A stretch of DNA of 33,561 nt from an uncultured Candidatus Saccharibacteria bacterium. GTDB lineage: Bacteria > Patescibacteriota > Minisyncoccia > UBA11713 > 2-01-FULL-45-33. The number at the start of each line of letters is the position of its first letter. Within the stretch, counting starts at the first letter, position 1. Below are positions 19,019 through 27,686 of this stretch, piece after piece. A program made the translations under genes and the position numbers. The stretch is from NCBI GenBank assembly GCA_964422785.1, contig CAYRCJ010000004.1, positions 1-33,561 of the forward strand. The letters run 5' to 3'. Under the pieces are notes generated by a model, which was not told the DNA's origin, made no database searches, and was given only the letters and a program-made list of their open reading frames with translations.

Positions 19019-19813
19019 ATGTGGTTTAGAGACGCTAATCATTTCAAGAAAGAGTGCGGGCATATGGTGAACGGATTTTGGTATCCCAGGGTTACCAAAA
19101 TTTTGGATGTTAAATCAAAGCCGGCGATTGATGCGTTTTTGAAGGAGATGGAAAGTTATTCCGCGGCCGACGCTGTTAAAAATAAATCCGCCGAGGAGGG
19201 GACAATAGTCCACGAAACAATTCAGGGGTTGGCGGTGGGGGAGCCGATAATTATTCCAAAGGAAGTCGAGCCGGCCGCCCGCGCGTTTTTAAAATTTATG
19301 GAAGGCAAAGAAATTTTTTTTCATCCGGAATTTATAGAGCGGTCTATCTGGTCGGGGATTCATAAATACTCCGGCACTGTGGACGCGCTCGCCACAATCG
19401 GCGGAAAATTCGGTGTGCTTGATATAAAAACTTCAACAGGTTTTTTTCCAGAATACAATTTGCAGACGGCGGCGTATGTTTTGGCCCTCCAGGAGCCCGG
19501 AGTAATGAAGGTCCTTGCTTTGCCTCGGGCAATTCAAACCCGCTGGATTTTAAGGATAGATCAGCATAGAATATGCAGGGTGTGCGGTTCTCGCCTCCGG
19601 GAGAAGGGAGGCAGGCTGAAGGTAAGGAATGGGAGGCATAATACCGCCAAGGCTTGCGCTGATGCCGCGCATGATTGGGGAGAGCCGGTTGGCGATGTGG
19701 AGATGAGGGAATTTCCTTATCTTCCTCACGATATAAAGGCCTTCCTGGCCGCCAAAACTTTATGGGAATGGGAAAATGATTATTGGCTCAGGCAAATAGG
19801 TTATTTTAATTAA
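19019..19813 (+). CDS. PD-(D/E)XK (RecB/Cas4-like) nuclease family protein
   Basis: 264 aa, GTIVHE, GTVDAL...GVLDIKTS (D...DxK), QTAAYVLAL (QxxxY). Carries an Arg/Cys-rich insert RICRVCGSRLREKGGRLKVRNGRHNTAKAC. Confidence 0.6.
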   Translation: MWFRDANHFKKECGHMVNGFWYPRVTKILDVKSKPAIDAFLKEMESYSAADAVKNKSAEEGTIVHETIQGLAVGEPIIIPKEVEPAARAFLKFMEGKEIFFHPEFIERSIWSGIHKYSGTVDALATIGGKFGVLDIKTSTGFFPEYNLQTAAYVLALQEPGVMKVLALPRAIQTRWILRIDQHRICRVCGSRLREKGGRLKVRNGRHNTAKACADAAHDWGEPVGDVEMREFPYLPHDIKAFLAAKTLWEWENDYWLRQIGYFN

Positions 19814-19817
19814 GAAT

Positions 19818-20657
19818 ATGGCAAAAAATATTGTTATCTTATATCACAATAAGTGCGACGACGGCTTCGGCGCCGCTTGGGCTGCTTGGAAAAAATTTGG
19901 CAATAAGGCCGAATATATCGGCATAAATCCGGGGGATAGTCCTGTAAAAGGACTCGCCGGTAAAAATATTTATATGGTGGATGTGAGTTACGGCTTAGAA
20001 GACATTAAGCGGCTGCTTAAAATTACAAAATCCTTGACTGTGATAGATCATCATATTACAGCGAAACAAATTTCTCATCTTTTGCCGAATAGTCTTTTTA
20101 ATTTTGATTTTACAATTTCCGGCGCGGTGCTTTCTTGGCAATACTTTCACCCCGGCAAAAAAGTTCCAATGCTTTTGCGCTATATCCAAGATCAAGATTT
20201 ATGGCATTGGAGACTTCCTTTTGCTCAGGAAATAATGTCGTCGCTAAAATTATATGACTTTGATTTTAAGGTGTGGAGCAAAATTGCTATCGGCTGCGAA
20301 AATAAAAAAAGTATAAAAAAATATATAAATGAAGGAAATATTTTATTTACTCAAAGAAAAATAGGAGTGCGAGAAGCTTTAAAAGATGCCACGAAAGTAA
20401 AATTTTGCGGACATACAACGCTTGCGGTAAACACACGCAGTGCGGTGTCTGACATCGGCGAGGCTCTATGCAAAAAATTACCGCCCATAGGAATTATTTG
20501 GTCCGTCAGAGGAGACAAGATAGTCGTCAGTTTGCGTTCAAACGGAAAGGCAGACGTTTCAAAATTGGCCGCTAAATTTGGGGGAGGGGGGCACAAGGTG
20601 TCCGCTGCGTTTAGGTTGCCCCTTTCGTCCAAATTCCCCTGGACAGTAGTAAAATAA
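19818..20657 (+). CDS. DHH-family phosphoesterase (NrnA-like)
   Basis: 279 aa, HNKCDDGFGAAWA, VIDHHIT, FGGGGHKVSAAF (DHHA1-type GGGH). Confidence 0.8.
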   Translation: MAKNIVILYHNKCDDGFGAAWAAWKKFGNKAEYIGINPGDSPVKGLAGKNIYMVDVSYGLEDIKRLLKITKSLTVIDHHITAKQISHLLPNSLFNFDFTISGAVLSWQYFHPGKKVPMLLRYIQDQDLWHWRLPFAQEIMSSLKLYDFDFKVWSKIAIGCENKKSIKKYINEGNILFTQRKIGVREALKDATKVKFCGHTTLAVNTRSAVSDIGEALCKKLPPIGIIWSVRGDKIVVSLRSNGKADVSKLAAKFGGGGHKVSAAFRLPLSSKFPWTVVK

Positions 20658-20662
20658 TAAGC

Positions 20663-20691
20663 TTGACAAATAGTTAAGCACATGATAGTCT
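20663..20691 (+). promoter_or_regulatory. candidate sigma70-type promoter (TTGACA-N17-TAGTCT with upstream TG)
   Basis: TTGACA at 20663-20668, TG at 20683-20684, TAGTCT at 20686-20691. It lies in a 231-nt intergenic region. Confidence 0.35.
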
Positions 20692-20825
20692 TTAAATATT
20701 ATGCGAAAGTATAAATGGTCACACATGAATATCGGTCTCGATGCCCAAGTTACTTTGGAGCCGATTTTTGCTGTGGCGATTTATGCACCTCTTTTAAGTT
20801 AAAGACAATTCTAGAGATGTAGAGA

Positions 20826-20857
20826 CCGCCTCAGCAATTTTGCTGAGGCGGTTTTGT
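20826..20857 (+). terminator. rho-independent terminator
   Basis: CCGCCTCAGCA / ATTT / TGCTGAGGCGG (11-bp stem) followed by TTTTGT. Confidence 0.75.
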
Positions 20858-20888
20858 AACTTGAAAATTTAAAACAAAAGGAGAAAAG

Positions 20889-21473
20889 ATGGAAGAACAA
20901 AATAGAATCATTTTTCTGAAAGGCAAAAAGGTTATACTGAGGCCGCTGAATAAAGAAAAAGATCTGCAAAAATTTCTTTGCTGGCTGAATGATCCTGAGA
21001 TCAGGCAGTATCTGAAAATATTTATGCCGATTACAGAGCAGGGAGAAATTGAATGGTTTGATTCTCTGCCCAAAAGAACCAATGATATGGTTTTGGGGAT
21101 CGAAACGCTCGAGGGTGTTCTTATTGGTAATATGGGCTTGCACAGAATTGACTTTAAAAATAGAACAGCAACGACCGGCGCGGTGATCGGCGATAAAGAG
21201 TATTGGGGCAAGGGTTATGGCACTGACGCCAAGATGATTCTTTTGAAATACGCGTTTGATGAGCTCAATCTTCATAAGATTTGTTCGAGCGTATATGAGT
21301 ACAACGAACGCAGTTTGCGGTATAGCCTTCATTGCGGGTACAAAATAGAAGGCCGTCGCAGGAATCAAATCTTTAAGAATGGTCATCGTTGGGATGTTAT
21401 AGAGCTCGGTTTGTTCCGGAGCGAATGGGCTCCGGTTTGGAAAAAATATCAGGAGACAGGAAAAGTGAAATAA
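20889..21473 (+). CDS. GNAT family N-acetyltransferase (RimJ/RimL-like)
   Basis: 194 aa, VILRPLNKEKDLQKFLCWLNDPEIRQYL ... GDKEYWGKGYGTDA ... GYKIEGRRRNQIFKNGHRWDV. AAGGAG RBS upstream. Confidence 0.88.
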   Translation: MEEQNRIIFLKGKKVILRPLNKEKDLQKFLCWLNDPEIRQYLKIFMPITEQGEIEWFDSLPKRTNDMVLGIETLEGVLIGNMGLHRIDFKNRTATTGAVIGDKEYWGKGYGTDAKMILLKYAFDELNLHKICSSVYEYNERSLRYSLHCGYKIEGRRRNQIFKNGHRWDVIELGLFRSEWAPVWKKYQETGKVK

Positions 21474-21480
21474 ATATTGA

Positions 21481-21511
21481 GCCCCGACTTATCGTCGGGG
21501 CTTTTGTTTTT
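21481..21511 (+). terminator. rho-independent terminator
   Basis: GCCCCGAC / TTATC / GTCGGGGC followed by TTTTGTTTTT. The stem sequence resembles the terminator at 1234. Confidence 0.75.
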
Positions 21512-21539
21512 AGATTGTCGTTATACTATACTACGAAAT

Positions 21540-21992
21540 ATGCCAGCGAATTTTAAACCGGATATTATTACTTATACCGATGGCGGATCGCGCGGGAACC
21601 CCGGGAAGGCCGCTTTGGGTGTTGTTATCAAAGACGCCGAGGGAAATTTAATAAAAGAGTATGGAGAGGGTTTGGGGATTAAAACAAACAACGAAGCGGA
21701 ATACGCGGCGGTTGTTTCCGCGCTAAAAAAATTGAATCAAATTTTCGGGAAAGAAAAAACCAAAAAATTTAAAGTGGAAATGCGGATGGATTCGGAATTT
21801 GTTTCCAAGCAGCTGAACGGAGAATATAAAATCGAAAAAGAGCATCTTTTCCCGTTTTTTATCGCGGTATGGAATTTAAAAATGGATTTTGCTAGCATTC
21901 GCTTTGTCCATGTCCGCCGAGAGCAGAATAAAGAAGCTGACCGGATGGTCAACGAAGCTCTCGATGCCGAGCAAGGGCGATTGTGGCCTTAA
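21540..21992 (+). CDS. rnhA: ribonuclease HI
   Basis: The ATG at 21540 (MPANFKPDIITYTDGGSRGNPGKAALGVV) avoids reading through the terminator, unlike the track TTG at 21477. D-E-D-D blocks: TDGGSRGNPG, NNEAEY, MDSEFV, NKEADRM. Confidence 0.9.
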   Translation: MPANFKPDIITYTDGGSRGNPGKAALGVVIKDAEGNLIKEYGEGLGIKTNNEAEYAAVVSALKKLNQIFGKEKTKKFKVEMRMDSEFVSKQLNGEYKIEKEHLFPFFIAVWNLKMDFASIRFVHVRREQNKEADRMVNEALDAEQGRLWP

Positions 21993-23374
21993 AATACACT
22001 CCATTTTTGGTCGTATCTTTTTTGGGCGGGGTGTTCACCCGCTCGTTTTTTAATCTGCCTATGAATATAGTTTTGGTAATTTTTGGACTTTCATTTGGCT
22101 TGTTTATTGTTCTTGTTGTCAGTAAAGAATTTCCCAAGTTCATGGTTTGGATATTGGTTGTAACAGCTTTCACCTTAGGCATTTTTAGATATTCATTTTT
22201 TGAAAACAAAATCAACGATGACCGATTGCATAAAATGTACGGCCAAAAAATCTCTATTCAGGGCAATGTTATTTCTTGGGAGGCAAAAACAAAATCTTCT
22301 AAAATTATTTTGGATACTCCGGACGGCGAATTATCGGTTGTCACCCAAATATATCCGCAATATAAATATGGAGACCTGCTTTCCGTAAACGGCATCCCGA
22401 TTGGAGATAATATTTATTCCGAAATGCTTTTTCCTCGGATTGAAAAAATAGGTTATGCTCCCGGGAGTAAAATTTTAAGCGCGCTTTTTGCTCTCAGAAA
22501 TAAATTTGAAGAAAATTTAAAACTCATTCTGCCGTCGGACAATGCCGCCTTGGCCGATGGGATGCTCTTGGGAAACCAGGGGTCTGCCGATGCGAGTCTG
22601 GTGGACGCCTTCAGGAAAACCGGGACGATTCATATCCTGGTTTTATCCGGATACAACATAACGGTTGTGGGGGCATTTCTTGTTTTATTCTTTGGATATT
22701 TTTTGCCTCCCTTGGCCGCGTTTTTTGTTTCCGCTTCCGGAATTATTTTGTTTACTTTGATGACGGGCGCCACGGCTTCCGCGGTACGCGCGGCGATTAT
22801 GGCGATTATCGGTCTTATTGCCGCGAGAAGCGGAAGGCTAAACTTGTCTTTAAATTCACTTTTTTTATCGGCCGCTATTATGGTTTCGGCGAATCCCATG
22901 CTTATGAGATTTGATAGGGGATTTCAGCTTTCATTTTTGGCGACTCTCGGTTTGATTTTGGCTTCGCCTCAGATTTCAAAATGGCTGAAATTTTTGCCGG
23001 ATTTTTTATCAATCAGAGAAAACGCCGCCTCCTCCATATCGGTGGAATTATTTGTAATACCGATACTTCTTTCTTGGGGCGGAGGAATTTCGCTTTTAAG
23101 CCCCATAGCCAATATACTCATCGTCGGCGCCGTCCCCGTCGTTATGCTGTTTAGTTTTATCGGAGTTTTATTTTCCTTTTTATCTGTTAACTTGGGAACC
23201 ATCTTGGCTTCTCCGGCCTATGTTCTTACCGGTTTTCAGATCTTTGTGGCGAAATTTTTAGCGGGGTTTGAGCGGGCGATCGTAAGTTTCAATTATATTC
23301 CGATATTTTTATTGATTTTAATTTACTCTTTAATATTTTACTGGGCGATAAAACGTTATGCCGAAGTTTATTAA
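21983..23374 (+). CDS. comEC: ComEC/Rec2 competence channel domain protein
   Basis: 463 aa, polytopic, FRKTGTIHILVLSGYNITVV motif. GTG start overlaps the rnhA stop. Confidence 0.85.
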   Translation: MALKYTPFLVVSFLGGVFTRSFFNLPMNIVLVIFGLSFGLFIVLVVSKEFPKFMVWILVVTAFTLGIFRYSFFENKINDDRLHKMYGQKISIQGNVISWEAKTKSSKIILDTPDGELSVVTQIYPQYKYGDLLSVNGIPIGDNIYSEMLFPRIEKIGYAPGSKILSALFALRNKFEENLKLILPSDNAALADGMLLGNQGSADASLVDAFRKTGTIHILVLSGYNITVVGAFLVLFFGYFLPPLAAFFVSASGIILFTLMTGATASAVRAAIMAIIGLIAARSGRLNLSLNSLFLSAAIMVSANPMLMRFDRGFQLSFLATLGLILASPQISKWLKFLPDFLSIRENAASSISVELFVIPILLSWGGGISLLSPIANILIVGAVPVVMLFSFIGVLFSFLSVNLGTILASPAYVLTGFQIFVAKFLAGFERAIVSFNYIPIFLLILIYSLIFYWAIKRYAEVY

Positions 23375-24239
23375 AATTTATTCTCAACAGATAATTTGGG
23401 GAGCGGTGACGCTTCTTATCAGTATAAACTTTCTGATCTGGTCTGATGTTTTCGGGCGTCGAAACCAGGCGGATATCGAAGTTTCTTTTTTTGACGTGGG
23501 CCAGGGGGATTCCATTTTTTTAAAATCCAAGGATGGAGCTGATATTCTTATAGACGGCGGGCCCAACAATAAAGTTATTTCTTTATTGGCCCGCTCGCTG
23601 CCATTTTATGACCGCTCTATAGACGTTGTATTGCTGACGCATCCTCATTCAGATCATGTTACCGGGCTCATTGATGTTCTTAAGCAATATCATGTAGGCA
23701 TGGTTTTGGAATCGGGGGCGGACTACAACACTCCTGAGGCCAAGGAATTTGAACGGATTATAAAAGAAAAAAATATAAAAAGAGTGGTCATAGACCGTCC
23801 CGCCTCTTTGTCTTTCTCGGACGGCGCGCTGCTCAAAATTCTTTTGCCGGGTGAATCGTTTGAAAACAAGATTTTAAAGAACGTTCACGATTCAATGGTG
23901 GTAAGCGAGCTGGATTACGAGAACAAAAAGATTCTTTTTATGGGGGACGCGGAGAAAAAACTGGAACAAAAATTAATCAGTGAAGATAAAATCGGCAACA
24001 CAGATATTTTAAAAATCGGTCATCATGGTTCGAAAACCTCAAGTACTCAAAATTTTATTGATGTCGTGCGGCCCAAATACGCGATTATATCCGTCGGGAG
24101 GAATAAATTCGGCCATCCGAATCAGGAGGTTTTATCCAGACTTTTAAATTTTGGAGTTAAAACTTTTCGCACAGACATGAGCGGGACTATACGCGCGAAA
24201 ATTACCAACGGAGTCTTAACTTTAAAATCCGAAAAATAA
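23358..24239 (+). CDS. metallo-beta-lactamase domain protein (ComEC C-terminal-domain-like, separate ORF)
   Basis: 293 aa, N-terminal TM helix, FFDVGQGDSIFL, THPHSDHVTG, GDAE, GHHGS. Overlaps comEC by 17 nt. Confidence 0.85.
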   Translation: MPKFIKIYSQQIIWGAVTLLISINFLIWSDVFGRRNQADIEVSFFDVGQGDSIFLKSKDGADILIDGGPNNKVISLLARSLPFYDRSIDVVLLTHPHSDHVTGLIDVLKQYHVGMVLESGADYNTPEAKEFERIIKEKNIKRVVIDRPASLSFSDGALLKILLPGESFENKILKNVHDSMVVSELDYENKKILFMGDAEKKLEQKLISEDKIGNTDILKIGHHGSKTSSTQNFIDVVRPKYAIISVGRNKFGHPNQEVLSRLLNFGVKTFRTDMSGTIRAKITNGVLTLKSEK

Positions 24240-24244
24240 AAAAT

Positions 24245-24267
24245 CCCCCTCCTTACGAAGGAGGGGG
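24245..24267. terminator. hairpin between convergent genes (possible bidirectional terminator)
   Basis: CCCCCTCCTT / ACG / AAGGAGGGGG (10-bp stem), with an A-run upstream and a T-rich stretch downstream. Confidence 0.6.
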
Positions 24268-24281
24268 CTGGGGGAGGTTAT

Positions 24282-24677
24282 TTATTTTGATTTTTGGAGC
24301 AATTCATATCCGTAAGCGTCATTATTTTTTAAGAATTCTTCTACTTCCTGAAGATCCTGAAGCCTTAGTTGGATATTGCTCTCTGAGGCAACTTTTACTT
24401 CGCGTACCATTCCCTTGGAATACGATCCGTCTTCATTGGGGAATACCCATACTTCTTTACATTCTTTGAGCCGCTCTATTCCTTGCCGCATGCCGATTTC
24501 CCGCTCTTCCGGTTTAAAATCGCTTAAAAATTGGCAATAATATATCCCGGTGGCTTCGGGCTCGTAACCTTTCCATAGAACGTATCTGGCAAAAGCCCGG
24601 TATCTGTTCAAATTTTTTTCGAATTGTTCTTTTGTTTCAGCGCCTATCCGTCCGCAGACAAAAACTTTTTTTAACAT
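24282..24677 (-). CDS. hypothetical protein (possibly nucleoside 2-deoxyribosyltransferase-like/DUF4406 fold, weak)
   Basis: 131 aa and the only sizeable minus-strand gene in the central region. The N-terminal KKVFVCGRIG pattern is the only hint of function. Confidence 0.5.
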   Translation of the reverse strand: MLKKVFVCGRIGAETKEQFEKNLNRYRAFARYVLWKGYEPEATGIYYCQFLSDFKPEEREIGMRQGIERLKECKEVWVFPNEDGSYSKGMVREVKVASESNIQLRLQDLQEVEEFLKNNDAYGYELLQKSK

Positions 24678-24756
24678 TCATCGCCCCCGATCTTTTATAA
24701 AATTAGCAAGGGCAAAATGCCTTGTCAAACAAGCCATAAAGTCCTAAACTGTTTTT

Positions 24757-25350
24757 ATGAATGATTCAAAAAAAGAAAAAACACTTGTGCTGGTAAAGCC
24801 CGATGGAGTAAGGCGCGGCATTGTTGGAGAAGTTATTAGCCGCTTCGAGAAGGCGGGCCTTAAAATTATAGGTCTTAAACTTGTATGGGTGGGGGATGAT
24901 ATTGTTACCAAACATTATCCGGAATCCAGAATTGAGCTTTTACGGGGCATCGGAGAAAAAACTCTAAAAGTTTATCAGGAGTTTGGAAAAGATCCGGGAG
25001 AATCGTTCGGCACTATGGACCCGGTAGAAATCGGGAGGCTAATTAATAAGTGGAATATCGAGTATCTAACCTCCGGCCCAGTCGTGGCAATGCTTTTGGA
25101 GGGTCACCAGGCAATCGCCAGCGTTCGAAGAATCACCGGCTTCACACTCCCAAATTTAGCTCAACCGGGTACTATTCGCGGAGATTACTCAATAGATTCC
25201 ACGGTGCTCGCGAATGAAAGAAAGCGTCCCGTTAGAAATATTATTCACGCCTCTGGCACAGTGGAAGAAGCTAAATACGAAGAGGAGCTATGGTTCAAGA
25301 AAAATGAAATTCATGATTACAAGCGCGCCGATGAGGACATAATGTTTTAA
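24757..25350 (+). CDS. ndk: nucleoside diphosphate kinase (long form with internal insert)
   Basis: 197 aa, KTLVLVKPDGVRRGIVGEVISRFEKAGLKI, SGPVVAMLLEG, GTIRGDY, NIIHAS (catalytic His). Confidence 0.88.
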   Translation: MNDSKKEKTLVLVKPDGVRRGIVGEVISRFEKAGLKIIGLKLVWVGDDIVTKHYPESRIELLRGIGEKTLKVYQEFGKDPGESFGTMDPVEIGRLINKWNIEYLTSGPVVAMLLEGHQAIASVRRITGFTLPNLAQPGTIRGDYSIDSTVLANERKRPVRNIIHASGTVEEAKYEEELWFKKNEIHDYKRADEDIMF

Positions 25351-25352
25351 AA

Positions 25353-26693
25353 ATGAAGTTGTCTTTTTTTGGGGCGTCGCAGGAAGTAACCGGAAGCTGC
25401 TTTTTATTGGATGATGGAGAAAACAAAATTCTTATTGATTGCGGGCTTTTCCAGAGCCCCAAGTTTTCTAATCCCAAAAATCAGGAAAAATTTTCTTTTG
25501 ATCCAAAAGAAATAAGCGCGCTTTTTGTCACTCACGCGCATGTGGACCACACCGGCCGGATACCCAAGCTGGTAAAGGAGGGATTTAAAGGGGTTATTTA
25601 TTCAACATATCCCACGCGCGATCTTTCGGAGCTGATGCTAAAAGATAGCGTAGGCGTTTTATCGAAAGAAGCGTTAAGGGAAAATCAGCCAATCATTTAC
25701 ACTGAAGAAGACGTGGATTTGGCGATGAAATTATGGCAGGGGAAAAATTATGGCGAGAAGATTTCAGTGGGAAATTTTTCTATAACTCTGCGCGATGCCG
25801 GGCATGTACTTGGCTCAGCGATGATATTGGCGGAAAACAAAGGAAAGAAGATTCTTTTCTCCGGAGATTTAGGCAATCCTGACAATCCGCTTCTGGGATT
25901 TACCGACAAAGTAAATGAAGTTGATGTATTGGTTGTTGAGTCCACTTATGGCGACCGCTCGCACGAAGACAAATCTGAAAAAAAATTAAAACTGGAAAGA
26001 GTAATAGAGAAAAGCGTGTCGGCCGGAGGGGTTCTTATGATCCCGGCATTTTCAATGGAAAGAACGCAGGAGGTATTGGAGGAAATAGCCAGCATGCTTA
26101 AAGAAAAACAAATTCCAAACATTCCAATCTATCTGGACAGCCCGTTGGCCATCAAAGCTACAGAAATTTACCAAAAATATATAAGTTATTTAAATAACTC
26201 TTATGTAAACAAAGATTCTTTTTCTTTTTTGAAATTACCGTCCGTTCATTTCACTCTGGCGACAGAAGAATCAAAAAAAATAAACAATGTTCCTCCGCCG
26301 AAGATTGTTATTGCCGGCTCCGGGATGTCCACCGGCGGAAGGATTTTGCATCACGAGCAAAGATATTTGAGCGATCCTAAGAACACTATACTTTTTATCG
26401 GTTACCAGGCGCCCGGGTCTCTGGGACGGCGCATCCAAGATGGGGCTGATACCGTAAAAATTTTCGGAGAAGATATTCCGGTGCGCTGCCACAAGGAAGT
26501 TATTTATGGATACTCCGCGCATCCCGACGAAGAAGAGCTTTTTGAATTTGTGCGGGAAAAATCCGATACCCTAAAAAAGGTTTTTGCGGTTCATGGCGAG
26601 CCGAAGTCACTTTTCGCGTTTGTCCAAAAACTCCGAGACTATTTGGGCGTAGAAGCCTCCGCTCCCAAATATGGGGATAGTGTGCTACTATAA
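25353..26693 (+). CDS. MBL-fold beta-CASP family RNA-metabolising hydrolase
   Basis: 446 aa, GSCFLLDDGENKILIDCG, THAHVDHTG, VVESTYGDR, YSAHPD. Confidence 0.82.
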   Translation: MKLSFFGASQEVTGSCFLLDDGENKILIDCGLFQSPKFSNPKNQEKFSFDPKEISALFVTHAHVDHTGRIPKLVKEGFKGVIYSTYPTRDLSELMLKDSVGVLSKEALRENQPIIYTEEDVDLAMKLWQGKNYGEKISVGNFSITLRDAGHVLGSAMILAENKGKKILFSGDLGNPDNPLLGFTDKVNEVDVLVVESTYGDRSHEDKSEKKLKLERVIEKSVSAGGVLMIPAFSMERTQEVLEEIASMLKEKQIPNIPIYLDSPLAIKATEIYQKYISYLNNSYVNKDSFSFLKLPSVHFTLATEESKKINNVPPPKIVIAGSGMSTGGRILHHEQRYLSDPKNTILFIGYQAPGSLGRRIQDGADTVKIFGEDIPVRCHKEVIYGYSAHPDEEELFEFVREKSDTLKKVFAVHGEPKSLFAFVQKLRDYLGVEASAPKYGDSVLL

Positions 26694-26749
26694 CGCTCAG
26701 AAAAATTGAAAGCTAAATAACCCGCTAGAGGCGGGCATGGGAGAAAAAT

Positions 26750-27634
26750 ATGAAAGTATTGCTTGTTGGGCTAGGTCAAATTGGTCTTGGTCTGATCGTC
26801 CCGGTTTTTAAAAAAGCGGGCTATACAATAGTGGGCACCGACGCAAGCTCGGAGCGCCTAGACAAACTTAAGAATGAATACCTTTTAAGAACCCCGGGCG
26901 GAGTGTCAACCATCGAAATTGACGTTGCCGGCATGGACGATATAAATGGAGAATTTGATCTGATTATTACTTCGGTCGGACGGCAGCATCTCCCAAGTGT
27001 TTCCGAGTGGCTCCTGAAAAAGAATTTGTCCGCGCCGGTTTTAATGGCGGAAAATTTGCCAGATCCTGTAAATCTTTTTCCAAAACAAATTCCGATTGTT
27101 GTTGATCGCATATGTCCGAGGATAAAAATGGAAGGAACTTTTTTGACTGTGGTGGCGGAAGATTATTATAAAATTATAGTTTTGGATACCCAGCTTACTC
27201 GCCGGCTCGGAGTTTTAAGCGGCGTGGATCTGGAAAAATCTGAAGCGGTTCTGGAGTATAAGCGACGGCTGAAAATGTTTACGGTAAATACTTCGCATGT
27301 AATCACGGCCCTTTATGGCCAGCGGTTTAATTGTTCGTTGGTTGAGGAAGCGGCCGCGAGACCGGAAGTCGCCGGCAAGATTCGCTCAGCGATCGGCGAA
27401 GTCAGCCCTTGGCTCAGTTTTGGTAATCGTGAGGCCGAGATCAAGGCAAGGGAGATCATTGAGCGGTTTTCCAGTCCGATTAAGGATCCGCTTTCAAGAA
27501 TTCTTGGACCCACAAATCGTAAATCCGCCCTTCGATATATCGAAGTTCCGCTTCGGGCCGTTAAAGCATCTGGCTTTCCTGCCCCTACATTGGAGGAAGC
27601 TTATAGGATTATTAATAGCGAGCCGATTAATTAA
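26750..27634 (+). CDS. mannitol-1-phosphate 5-dehydrogenase-family (MtlD-like) oxidoreductase, compact
   Basis: 294 aa. From memory of E. coli MtlD these blocks correspond: GLGQIGLG~GAGNIGRG, MAENL~ACENM, VVDRICP~AVDRIVP, FTVNTSHVITALYG~FTLNTGHAITAYLG, RFSSPIKDP~RFENPYLKD. Confidence 0.6.
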   Translation: MKVLLVGLGQIGLGLIVPVFKKAGYTIVGTDASSERLDKLKNEYLLRTPGGVSTIEIDVAGMDDINGEFDLIITSVGRQHLPSVSEWLLKKNLSAPVLMAENLPDPVNLFPKQIPIVVDRICPRIKMEGTFLTVVAEDYYKIIVLDTQLTRRLGVLSGVDLEKSEAVLEYKRRLKMFTVNTSHVITALYGQRFNCSLVEEAAARPEVAGKIRSAIGEVSPWLSFGNREAEIKAREIIERFSSPIKDPLSRILGPTNRKSALRYIEVPLRAVKASGFPAPTLEEAYRIINSEPIN

Positions 27635-27640
27635 ATTAAA

Positions 27641-27666
27641 AGAGGGGAAATTACCCCTCTTTTTTG
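27641..27666 (+). terminator. rho-independent terminator
   Basis: AGAGGGG / AAATTA / CCCCTCT followed by TTTTTG. Confidence 0.7.
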
Positions 27667-27686
27667 TTTATGTTATACTCCATAGT

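Noticed and set aside
20811-21386. 191-aa minus-strand ORF, the longest unassigned ORF in the track.
   Set aside because: It is entirely antisense to the GNAT acetyltransferase gene, which has clear family motifs, an AAGGAG RBS and a terminator. The antisense peptide has no recognisable features.
1234-21511. Terminators at 1234 and 21481 share the stem GCCCCGAC/GTCGGGGC, suggesting a dispersed REP-like element.
   Set aside because: There are only two copies, the shared part is just the 8-bp GC stem, loops and flanks differ, and both are in ordinary terminator positions.
27315-27686. N-terminal 124 aa of track ORF 27315..28262.
   Set aside because: It overlaps the 3' end of the MtlD-like gene in another frame and reads through the terminator at 27641-27666. 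The conserved LOG/TIGR00725-like sequence begins at the ATG at 27687.
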